This document shows, in pieces, positions 8,162-15,914 of a DNA stretch of 64,000 nt. The notes under the pieces are model-generated. The model worked only from the letters and a program-made list of their open reading frames with translations, was not told the DNA's origin and made no database searches. Origin of the DNA: Candidatus Enterocola sp. (GTDB lineage Bacteria; Bacteroidota; Bacteroidia; Bacteroidales; Paludibacteraceae); the NCBI GenBank assembly GCA_045643245.1, contig JAZUKL010000066.1:5815-69814 (forward strand), given 5' to 3'. Every line of letters begins with the position of its first letter. The first letter of the stretch is position 1. The translations under genes were made by a program, and so were the position numbers.

Positions 8162-9193
8162 AAACTTTAGACCAATGCAAATGGAAAGCATTTAATATAA
8201 GTGAAATAGCAAGTATAGGAACTGGTGCAAATATAGCTAAACAGCAGCTAACTGAAGGTAATACACCACGTATTTCAGCAACAGATGCAAATAATGGTAT
8301 TGAATCCTTTACAGCAAAGCATTCATCAATTCGCAATTACAGAACATATAAAAATTGTATTTCTATATCTTTTTTAGGTTCTTGCTTCTATCAACCATAC
8401 GAAGCCAGTTATGACATGAAAATTCATAATATTCAACTGAAAGAAAAAAAACTAAATAAATATCTTGCATTATTTATAACAACACAGTGCAAACGATTCT
8501 GCGAGCATATAAATTATGGTAATCAATTATCCTCATCTGATTTGCCTAAGCAAAAAATTATGCTCCCCGTAACAGAACAAGGCAATCCAGATTGGGCCTT
8601 TATGGAGGAGTATATGAAAGCAAAAGAGCATCAATTACTTGCACAATATCAAAAATATATTACACAAATTATTGATAATCAGCAAATTACCCCCCATTAG
8701 CAGTAAGCAATGGCGAGCATTTAGAATAGAGGATATATTTTCAATACAACGTGGTAAACGTTTGAAAAATGGCGACCATATTACAGGAAAAACACCTTAT
8801 GCTTCATCATCTGCGATGGATAATGGAATAGATGATTTTATAAGCAACACGAAGAATGTACGTATATTTGCAAATTGTTTAACAATAGCAAATAGTGGCA
8901 GTGTTGGTTCTACTTTTTATCATCCATACTCATTTGTAGCGAGCGACCATGTAACTAAATTAGAGAATAATCTAATGAGCAAATATGCATATTTATTTAT
9001 AGCACAGATAGTTGAAAAAATAAGAGAAAAGTATAGCTTTAATAGAGAAATTAACGATGACCGCATTAGGCGAGAAATAATTATGCTCCCAATCACCCCT
9101 GAAGGAACACCAGATTACGAATATATGGCAGGCTATATGAAAAACATAGAAAATCGTATTATACAAAAATACATTAACGTCAAATTACTATAA
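8158..9193 (+). pseudogene. HsdS-like specificity subunit (two TRDs), split by a frameshift at a C6 tract
   Basis: ORFs 8158-8700 (frame 1) and 8639-9193 (frame 2) each encode one TRD plus the conserved IMLP(V/I)T..G.PD(W/Y).(F/Y)M..YMK segment. The C-run at 8690-8695 sits at the switch point. Losing one C would give an in-frame product of about 344 aa (...DNQQITPISSKQWRAF...). Confidence 0.8.
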
Positions 9194-9229
9194 CCCGTCA
9201 ATATACCTATAATAATTTCTGTAAAACCG

Positions 9230-9601
9230 TTACTGTATATACATATATGATTGTGGCGGATATTTAATACCAAAATCACTTAACAATAACGGCTCAGGAT
9301 ATTTGGTCATTCTACCTACTGCAATGGCGTTTGCTTCTCTCTTCTGTGAAAAGTATTCATCGTAAAACATTTTGCTAATACCTGAATATTGTGAGGTTTT
9401 CTGCCATAAACTTTCTACATCGTCTGTTATAATTTCAGAAATCTTGAATTCTCCAATTACTTTTTGCACTGGAGAAGAAGCATATACTACTACTGTGTCA
9501 ACACTTGGATTTTTGAAGACACTTTTACGAAATTCAAATTTTTTGGAACCATCAAATATCTTGTTGGCAAACTCTGGTTTAATTGACAATAAAACTTTCA
9601 T
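9230..9601 (-). CDS. ASCH (PUA-like) domain protein
   Basis: The 123-aa protein begins MKVLLSIKPEFANKIFDGSKKFEFRKS, a typical ASCH N-terminal strand-helix. It overlaps the upstream gene by 23 nt. Confidence 0.75.
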   Translation of the reverse strand: MKVLLSIKPEFANKIFDGSKKFEFRKSVFKNPSVDTVVVYASSPVQKVIGEFKISEIITDDVESLWQKTSQYSGISKMFYDEYFSQKREANAIAVGRMTKYPEPLLLSDFGIKYPPQSYMYIQ

Positions 9602-11084
9602 TTGATTGTGTTGCTTTTAGTATTGTGTTGAGTTTATCGGTAGTAATTTTTTTAAAACCACGTGGTGCGTCATCTATGCCGGAAAGAACCCCCAAACGTA
9701 TAAGTTCTGACATATTTATCCTGTGTGGAAATGAATAGGTGTATAAAAATTTAGTTGCAACTGGAGAACCTTTTGAATACTCCCACAATTCAACTAATTC
9801 CTCATTTGAATAAACGCTACTTTTTCTACAATAAGATAAAAATTCATCTTTTGAGGAAAATCTATCCCTAACTTCTTCCACTATACACAATGAGGTGACA
9901 ACACCCTTGTAATACCCTCCTGTTCTATAGAAGATTATTAAGTCACCTTTGTTTGGATAAGGTTTTAAAAATCTTGACACATAGACCTTCCCAATACAAT
10001 TTCTGTGAGGAAAGTTTTCTACAAAATTTAATGGTGATTCCGTATTTAAAATTGAATCAGGCAATAATTCCGTATGATATTTAGAGTAAATAGATACAAT
10101 AAAACAGTTTTGTACCCGTGATACATAAGGGAAACAACCCCTTATATTGTTAATATTAAAATTTGGACTGAAATTACGGACATAGACTTTTTCTTCTCCA
10201 TTTTTTGTACCCCAATACACAAATCCCCATTGCTCTAAAAGTGTTATAAGTCTGCGTTGTTCGTCTCTTTTGTCAAAAATTGTAACATAGATTTCTTGAA
10301 CTTTGTTTTTTAACGCATTATCAAAAATTATTTTCAGGAAACGTTCCCCTAACCTGAATCCATTACTTATAATTTTTAGTGTACCTATCTTCAGCCTTCT
10401 TTTGGGTACAAACAATGGTGAAATATCAGAATAATTTTCTGTTGTATCTTCTATTTTTAAATATAGAAATGATAGTAACTTCTTATTGTCAGCATTTTCT
10501 GTAATATAGGCTTCTTCATCATATTTTGAAACGAACCACTTGTCAAAACCGGAATAATCTGTTCTAAGGCTATCAAAAAACGGGTCCATTAAATTGATTT
10601 CACCAAACTTTCTCTTTCTAACGTTTAATATTTTATAATCAACTAAATTAGGGTTGTCTGCAAAGGCTTTTTCCAAAAAAGAGTCAATATTATACACCTT
10701 GTCTTGAATTTTAAGATGCTTGGCTTTAGTATGGATTTTTTTATCTTCTGTTACCAATATATCAACACGTCCGACATATACTTCATTTAAAAGTTGGGTA
10801 TCTATTTTGTCATTTGGAGTACTGTCCAGTAATGACGAGACCCTGAGCACTTCATCGTGGATGGGTGATGGAATGGTTATTTGCTCGTAACTGCTTAGTT
10901 TTATAAGAAAACTGTCAACAGTTGACTTATTAGGATTCTTTTTGATTTCCTCAATAGTTGCAGAATGCACACATTTGATGTAATGGCATTTTTCTAACCA
11001 TTTAAATAACAACCCTATATCTTGAGAAATAACTTTTGTTGTCTCCCGATGTATAATTATATTTGTATCTAAAAGTGCCTTCAT
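9579..11084 (-). CDS. multidomain protein: PIN-like RNase / GNAT-like / ASCH-like (PUA-fold) domains
   Basis: The protein is 501 aa. PIN acidic positions are seen in LLDTNIIIH (D6), IEE (44-45), NDKID (91-95) and ILVTED (109-114). The central segment LKIGTLKIISNGFRLGERFLKIIFDNA is GNAT-like. By eye, aa ~325-470 parallels the downstream ASCH ORF. Confidence 0.6.
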   Translation of the reverse strand: MKALLDTNIIIHRETTKVISQDIGLLFKWLEKCHYIKCVHSATIEEIKKNPNKSTVDSFLIKLSSYEQITIPSPIHDEVLRVSSLLDSTPNDKIDTQLLNEVYVGRVDILVTEDKKIHTKAKHLKIQDKVYNIDSFLEKAFADNPNLVDYKILNVRKRKFGEINLMDPFFDSLRTDYSGFDKWFVSKYDEEAYITENADNKKLLSFLYLKIEDTTENYSDISPLFVPKRRLKIGTLKIISNGFRLGERFLKIIFDNALKNKVQEIYVTIFDKRDEQRRLITLLEQWGFVYWGTKNGEEKVYVRNFSPNFNINNIRGCFPYVSRVQNCFIVSIYSKYHTELLPDSILNTESPLNFVENFPHRNCIGKVYVSRFLKPYPNKGDLIIFYRTGGYYKGVVTSLCIVEEVRDRFSSKDEFLSYCRKSSVYSNEELVELWEYSKGSPVATKFLYTYSFPHRINMSELIRLGVLSGIDDAPRGFKKITTDKLNTILKATQSNESFIVN

Positions 11085-11095
11085 ATAAACTTCTA

Positions 11096-11103
11096 CAAAG
11101 ATA
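11096..11103 (-). promoter_or_regulatory. -7 box (TATCTTTG on the minus strand) for the PIN-fusion/ASCH operon
   Basis: The rc of CAAAGATA matches TAnnTTTG. Only 11 nt separate it from the ATG, so the mRNA has a very short leader or none. Confidence 0.5.
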
Positions 11104-11132
11104 ATAGATTTTTTTGATTTACAAAATAAATT

Positions 11133-11552
11133 TCAGATAACCGCCAGACATTTTTGCCCTATGGTGTGCAATCCAGTGATTATTTTTTCTCTTTGTTTGG
11201 GGCGTGGTATGCTTACCGCATTGGCGTAATGCGATAATTGAGCGTGTTTCATACCAGTAACATTACTTAATGCTGTTAAAGTTGTATATTGCAATGCTTG
11301 CTGAAGCATAGCGGACACCGTTGAAACAAACTCTAATTCATAGTTTCCCGCTTCAGCCCACAATGGTAATTTATCTCCATCGTTTTTCATTCCCTCGATA
11401 TGAAAAGCCATCGCTTCGGCAAATTTCTGTTTTATTCCACTTTCTGTTTTGTCTGTAACAATAACAGCCCCGAAATCTGGCATCGCAAATGCCGCACTAA
11501 AATTTTTATCCTCCCAATTAAGTTTGATTTTTAAGACTTCTTTTTGTTCCAT
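11133..11552 (-). CDS. hicB: HicB-family antitoxin (N-terminal HicB fold plus C-terminal HTH)
   Basis: The 139-aa ORF lies directly downstream of hicA. The C-terminal LSNVTGMKHAQLSHYANAVSIPRPKQREKI is HTH-like. Confidence 0.75.
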   Translation of the reverse strand: MEQKEVLKIKLNWEDKNFSAAFAMPDFGAVIVTDKTESGIKQKFAEAMAFHIEGMKNDGDKLPLWAEAGNYELEFVSTVSAMLQQALQYTTLTALSNVTGMKHAQLSHYANAVSIPRPKQREKIITGLHTIGQKCLAVI

Positions 11553-11566
11553 ATTATTTTCCTATT

Positions 11567-11761
11567 TTATTTCCAACCTGCCTGTTTCCATATACTGAAT
11601 AATAAATCCTGACTTAATGTATCACTTGGTTTTCCATTAACGGTAACCTTACCCTTTAACATAGGATGCTTTAATTGCCTATGGTCTCCCTTTATGGTCA
11701 TTATATACCATCCCTTTTCTTTAAGTAAGTCTAATACTTCTTTTACTTTGTACCTTTTCAT
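11567..11761 (-). CDS. hicA: HicA-family mRNA interferase toxin
   Basis: The 64-aa protein carries KGDHRQLKHP...VTVNGKPSDTL...KQAG, the G-[SD]-H HicA/YcfA pattern. Confidence 0.8.
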   Translation of the reverse strand: MKRYKVKEVLDLLKEKGWYIMTIKGDHRQLKHPMLKGKVTVNGKPSDTLSQDLLFSIWKQAGWK

Positions 11762-11775
11762 TATGTATGATGTTG

Positions 11776-11802
11776 CAAAAATAGTATTATTTTTAATACT
11801 AT
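11776..11802 (-). promoter_or_regulatory. hicAB promoter (-7 TATTTTTG) overlapping a 9-bp perfect palindrome
   Basis: The rc of CAAAAATA (11776-11783) matches TAnnTTTG. The palindrome ATAGTATTA-tttt-TAATACTAT (11781-11802) abuts it. Confidence 0.5.
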
Positions 11803-11823
11803 CAAAATTTACACTAAATTATT

Positions 11824-13242
11824 TTACCTCCCCAACACAAACGGGACTCTCTTTTTCATTATGACTTTTGAGTTGTTGAACACCTCAAATATCACCACAT
11901 AAATTCCAAACGGCATAAGCATGTTCCTGTCAGAAAAGCCATTCCACATAATAACACCTGACGGTGCAAGAAACATTCTATTGCAAAGCACTTTAACCAA
12001 CACACCATCTGTGTTATACACAGCAATATTTGCTACCGCACTCTCATCTATTTTGTAGTAAATCATAGCCAAATCATCCCTGCCGTCTCCGTTTGGAGTG
12101 AATGTGGCAGGTTCAACCCATATAGTTTTATCGGTTTTATCAATAGGTTTTATTGGTTTGTATTGTGAATTTTCATATCCTGGTGTTGCAAATCCTACAT
12201 TTTCAGCCGCCGATGCCCATACATCAATATTTGGGTTTACACGCTCAAAACTAACCCCTTGCACATCGCTGAGCATGGGGCTGTGCATTGTTTTGGCATT
12301 ATAGTAGACTGAGTCAACAAGAACGGTTCCGCACCTCAAAACCACACAGCCTGAGTCCTTTACATAAGATGGAATCTTTAGTTCAATTATTGCATTATCA
12401 GTACAATTATAAAACTCCTCCAACGATGCCGAATCTTGCGTAAAAACCTTATACTCACCACTGTAGAACTTTTTTGATGGTAGAGTAACTTCGGTCTTCC
12501 CGTTTCCCAAAGTAATGTCCGCCAAATTAAATGTTGAGTCTGAGTTATTGAATATCTCAATAAAATCATACCCTTCTGTATACGGATAAGAGAGAATTTC
12601 ATTTATGACAATCTCCCTATATTTTGGTTTAGGGTACTCTTTGTATGGCTCTCCCTTACAAGACAGCCCCCACATTGAGTATCCTTTGGAACGTGTGGAG
12701 GAGTATTTCAAGTAAAAGCCAGAGAACTTTGCCCGTTCAAAGGTGTTGTCTGTTACAGTGAACTCAAGCAAAGTGTCTTGTTCTGTTTCTATACCGGAAT
12801 ACACGCTCCACACCCCAAATTCATCTCTACTTACCTTTATATATATAGGTGCATTTTCCTGCACTCTCTTTTCATTGCCTTGTGCCAAAACTGAGATTGA
12901 AGTTCCGCTCTGCCTGCAGAGAGAAATGTTTTTATCAGTATAACCAATTCTTATGAAGTAGCCACACAGTTCTCCCTTTAAGCTGGCAGAATCAGAAAAG
13001 AGATACCATTTTATATAATTTGAAGAAGATGAGGCAAAATCAAATTTGAAATTGCATTGCCAAACGGCAGTATAAACAACTGACGATGTGTCAGAAATGT
13101 AGGCATCGGAAGTTTCAGAAGGGGCATTAAGATGTATGGTATCGGCGTTAAAGCTGAACTTTGACAAATCACCCGTCCAGGCAAATGCCGCCTGAAACAT
13201 AAAAACAAAGGTCACTGACCACAAAAAAATTCTCATATCCAC
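11824..13242 (-). CDS. secreted lamin-tail-domain protein with a CHU_C / T9SS type-B-like C-terminal domain
   Basis: It has a signal peptide MDMRIFLWSVTFVFMFQAAFA, an LTD-like VINEILSYPYTEGYDFIEIFNNSDSTFNLADITL segment, and a C-terminal FTPNGDGRDD motif. Confidence 0.7.
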   Translation of the reverse strand: MDMRIFLWSVTFVFMFQAAFAWTGDLSKFSFNADTIHLNAPSETSDAYISDTSSVVYTAVWQCNFKFDFASSSSNYIKWYLFSDSASLKGELCGYFIRIGYTDKNISLCRQSGTSISVLAQGNEKRVQENAPIYIKVSRDEFGVWSVYSGIETEQDTLLEFTVTDNTFERAKFSGFYLKYSSTRSKGYSMWGLSCKGEPYKEYPKPKYREIVINEILSYPYTEGYDFIEIFNNSDSTFNLADITLGNGKTEVTLPSKKFYSGEYKVFTQDSASLEEFYNCTDNAIIELKIPSYVKDSGCVVLRCGTVLVDSVYYNAKTMHSPMLSDVQGVSFERVNPNIDVWASAAENVGFATPGYENSQYKPIKPIDKTDKTIWVEPATFTPNGDGRDDLAMIYYKIDESAVANIAVYNTDGVLVKVLCNRMFLAPSGVIMWNGFSDRNMLMPFGIYVVIFEVFNNSKVIMKKRVPFVLGR

Positions 13243-13325
13243 AAAATTTTGCAGATACTAATGAAGAAGTAAAGAAAAGTCTAAAGGAAATACAGATGCA
13301 AAGGTACAAAAATATTTTGAAACAC

Positions 13326-15011
13326 CTACTTTTTTATGGCACCCTTTACAGTTTTTCCAACATTGATTAAGTGGTCAGAAATACGCTCACTATTGCTTGC
13401 CAATTCCAAAAATTGTGCACCCACTAACGGAGTGCATAACCCCTTGGTCATACGCTCAATATGGTTTGCAGACATCTTTTCACACAAATCATCCACTTGG
13501 TCCTCATAAATGTGTGCTTGATTATAGGCTTCAATATCGGTGTCCATATAGGCCTTCATAACGTTTTGATATACAGAGAATATCAATTCCCTCATTTGCT
13601 CAATCTCCTCTATGGCATCTTTTGAAAAACGCACTTTGTTGTCCTCCATCAATGCCGCATATTCTGTAATGTTTTCTGCATAATCACCTATGCGTTCCAA
13701 ATCTGATATGGTTCTAATGGCACCTGTCAAATATCTGTGGTCTTCTTCTGTCATTGATTTCTCATTTAGGCGTATAATATATGAAACCAAGGAATGATTC
13801 AGGAAATTCAATTGGTTCTCATTCTGCTTAAACTCCTCCATTTTTGAAAAATCCATTTCACATATTGTTTGCAGTGATATGTCATAATTTCTGAGTGCAA
13901 CGGATGCCATATTCTCTATCTCTAATTTAGTTTGACGCACTGCAATGATAGGTGTTCTTAACATGTTCTCGTCCAAAAAGAAATAATGAGGCTGTGCAGA
14001 TTGTGGTATATCGGCAGTCTTGTCAGGAATCATTTTGCATACCACTTTTACCAAGATGTTGGTCAGCGGCATCATAATCAGCACTGTACAAACATTAAAA
14101 ACAGTGTGGAACATTGCAAGTTGTAATTGAGGGGCAGATGGGAACATATTCTCAAACAACACCCCGAAATTCAGACTGTTACCTGTTGTAACATTCATTA
14201 TCATAGCTAAAAGCATAAACACAACCACACCGGAGCAGTTAAACAGCAGGTGTATCAGTGATGTTCTTTTTGCGTTTATACCCGATGTCATTCCGGCAAT
14301 AATAGCCACAACGCAGGAACCTATATTGGAACCCAATGTCAAATAAATACCCTGTTCCAAATTGATTAGTCCTGCTACAACCATGGTCAATGCTATGGAA
14401 GTTGTAACGGAAGATGATTGGATGATGGCGGTTATAACCGTTCCCAACAGAACCAATAAGACAGGATTTGATATTTTTGCCAGGAAAAACTTAACCTCTT
14501 CCATCGCAGCAAAGTCTCCCATTGCGCTGCTCATCATGCTCAATCCCACAAACAACATTCCAAAACCTGTAATTATGCCGCCAATGGTCTTAAACTTATC
14601 TGTCTTGGCAAACAATGCCATAAATGCACCTATTCCAGCAAGTGATGCAAATAAGGTTGTAGTGGAGATGCCGCCGCTGCCAAACATACCCAATGCAACT
14701 ATTTGTGCGGTAATGGTAGTACCTATGTTTGCTCCATAGATTATGGTGGCGGCTTGTGTAAGTGACATGATTCCAACATTCACAAAACCAATCACCATAA
14801 CGGTAGTGGCACCTGATGATTGAATTGCCGCCGTACCCAATGCCCCTATTCCAACTCCAAGCCAACGGCTGTGAGCGGCTTTTGAAAACATTGCTTTAAG
14901 TCTGTCACTGCTGGCGGTCTCAAGGTTAGTTGACATCATTTGGCATGCCACCAAAAAAATGCCGATACCAGCCATTAAGGTCAGCACGGCAATGAGTAGA
15001 GTGGAAATCAT
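13326..15011 (-). CDS. Na/Pi cotransporter family protein with C-terminal PhoU-like repeats
   Basis: The two QSS(G/S)xTT motifs are IQSSGATTVM and IIQSSSVTTSI. The C-terminal helical PhoU-like region carries ISDLERIGDYAENI and SERISDHLINV. The start is at MISTLLIAVL, because the upstream 22 aa translate the repeat. Confidence 0.85.
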   Translation of the reverse strand: MISTLLIAVLTLMAGIGIFLVACQMMSTNLETASSDRLKAMFSKAAHSRWLGVGIGALGTAAIQSSGATTVMVIGFVNVGIMSLTQAATIIYGANIGTTITAQIVALGMFGSGGISTTTLFASLAGIGAFMALFAKTDKFKTIGGIITGFGMLFVGLSMMSSAMGDFAAMEEVKFFLAKISNPVLLVLLGTVITAIIQSSSVTTSIALTMVVAGLINLEQGIYLTLGSNIGSCVVAIIAGMTSGINAKRTSLIHLLFNCSGVVVFMLLAMIMNVTTGNSLNFGVLFENMFPSAPQLQLAMFHTVFNVCTVLIMMPLTNILVKVVCKMIPDKTADIPQSAQPHYFFLDENMLRTPIIAVRQTKLEIENMASVALRNYDISLQTICEMDFSKMEEFKQNENQLNFLNHSLVSYIIRLNEKSMTEEDHRYLTGAIRTISDLERIGDYAENITEYAALMEDNKVRFSKDAIEEIEQMRELIFSVYQNVMKAYMDTDIEAYNQAHIYEDQVDDLCEKMSANHIERMTKGLCTPLVGAQFLELASNSERISDHLINVGKTVKGAIKK

Positions 15012-15034
15012 AATAATCCTATGTAATTGTTTGG

Positions 15035-15340
15035 CAAAGTTACAAAATCGAGAGAAAAAATCAAAAAATGCAAGCATTTTTTGAAAAAAAGTTGGGAGGT
15101 ATCACGTGGGAATTTATTCACATAGTGATACCGCTCAACTTTTTCAAAAACGTAACGTTTTTGTTTTTGCCGAGTGCAAGTTACCTTCACCGAGCGAAGC
15201 GAGGTAAAGTTACACTGGAGCAAAGCGAAAGTGCAAGTTACCTTCACCGAGCGAAGCGAGGTAAAGGTACACTTACAAAGTAAGTTGTTTTTACCTTCAC
15301 GACGACTGAAAGGAGGAGTAAAGGTAACCTGTAGCAAAAT
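15035..15340 (-). repeat. promoter-bearing dispersed repeat, copy 2 (long form with tandem 57-nt units)
   Basis: The rc of CAAAGTTA (15035-15042) is the -7 box, 24 nt from the nptA-like ATG. It has the same core as copy 1. Its inserted hairpin is GGTATCAC (15098-15105) / GTGATACC (15125-15132). The 42-nt unit gtgcaagttaccttcaccgagcgaagcgaggtaaag[tg]tacac occurs at 15175 and 15232, and a partial third unit lies at 15291-15329. Confidence 0.75.
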
Positions 15341-15418
15341 TCGGTCTAATATGGCAAATATTTTGGAATACAATCCAAAAATATAGCAATAATTTTGGAT
15401 TATGATGTTTATATCAAT

Positions 15419-15441
15419 AAAAAAATCTGGCATAAGCCAGA
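15419..15441 (-). terminator. intrinsic terminator of the DUF3791/DUF3990/lipoprotein cassette
   Basis: In minus sense, TCTGGC-ttat-GCCAGA is followed by TTTTTTTATT, immediately after the stop at 15445. Confidence 0.75.
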
Positions 15442-15444
15442 ATA

Positions 15445-15885
15445 TTATCTTTGTTTTTGATTTATTGTCCAACCGTGTTGTACATACCATGTACTATCTT
15501 GGTTCGCTTGTTCAGCCTTGAGGGCTTCACCCGGCACAAAACAAAAGTTCCCTCTACCACGCACTTTTGTGGGGTTAACATTAATACGAACTGTGAGATA
15601 GTTACGTAAAATGTGGATGTTACCTTTTGTATAAGTGTTCCATTCTCTTTCATCTTTGGGTATTATGTAAATATAACGAACATCTGACATGTCAGCATAT
15701 TTTTTTACATCTTCTTCTTCTATTTCATCTGCTCGGGTTAAAAATAATTCTACATCACGTGTTGGGGTGATGGGTTCTTGGGGTTCGTTGGCGTGGTTAT
15801 CGCATGCGGTTAATGTACTGCCGGCGATTGCGCCAATCGTTAAAGCACAACGTAATTTATACGGTAAAATTTGTTTGAAGTTCAT
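15445..15885 (-). CDS. hypothetical lipoprotein
   Basis: The signal peptide ends with the lipobox LTAC (MNFKQILPYKLRCALTIGAIAGSTLTAC). The protein is 146 aa. Confidence 0.7.
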   Translation of the reverse strand: MNFKQILPYKLRCALTIGAIAGSTLTACDNHANEPQEPITPTRDVELFLTRADEIEEEDVKKYADMSDVRYIYIIPKDEREWNTYTKGNIHILRNYLTVRINVNPTKVRGRGNFCFVPGEALKAEQANQDSTWYVQHGWTINQKQR

Positions 15886-15914
15886 AATAAGTCCTTTCTC
15901 TTAATTCATGATGA

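Noticed and set aside
6242-9193. I considered interpreting this pair as a Type I RM system (HsdM + HsdS) missing HsdR.
   Set aside because: The M protein carries an extra N-terminal PD-(D/E)XK-like domain, and the subunit sizes match Type IIB BcgI A/B. No hsdR is present nearby. This still needs confirmation against REBASE.
15175-15340. The tandem 57-nt units could be a CRISPR-like array.
   Set aside because: There are only 2-3 units, the spacers are 15-18 nt and are not unique-spacer-like, there are no cas genes, and the units belong to the dispersed promoter repeat.
15008-15490. A 160-aa ORF on the minus strand spans the region upstream of the Na/Pi transporter gene.
   Set aside because: It is translated entirely from repeat copy 2. 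It contains the duplicated peptide FTSLRSVKVTC, which comes from the 57-nt tandem units, and it overlaps a -7 box, hairpins and a terminator. The similar pseudo-peptides at 5884-6093 and the MLAFFDFFSRFCNF extension of 13326-15077 arise from the same repeated DNA.
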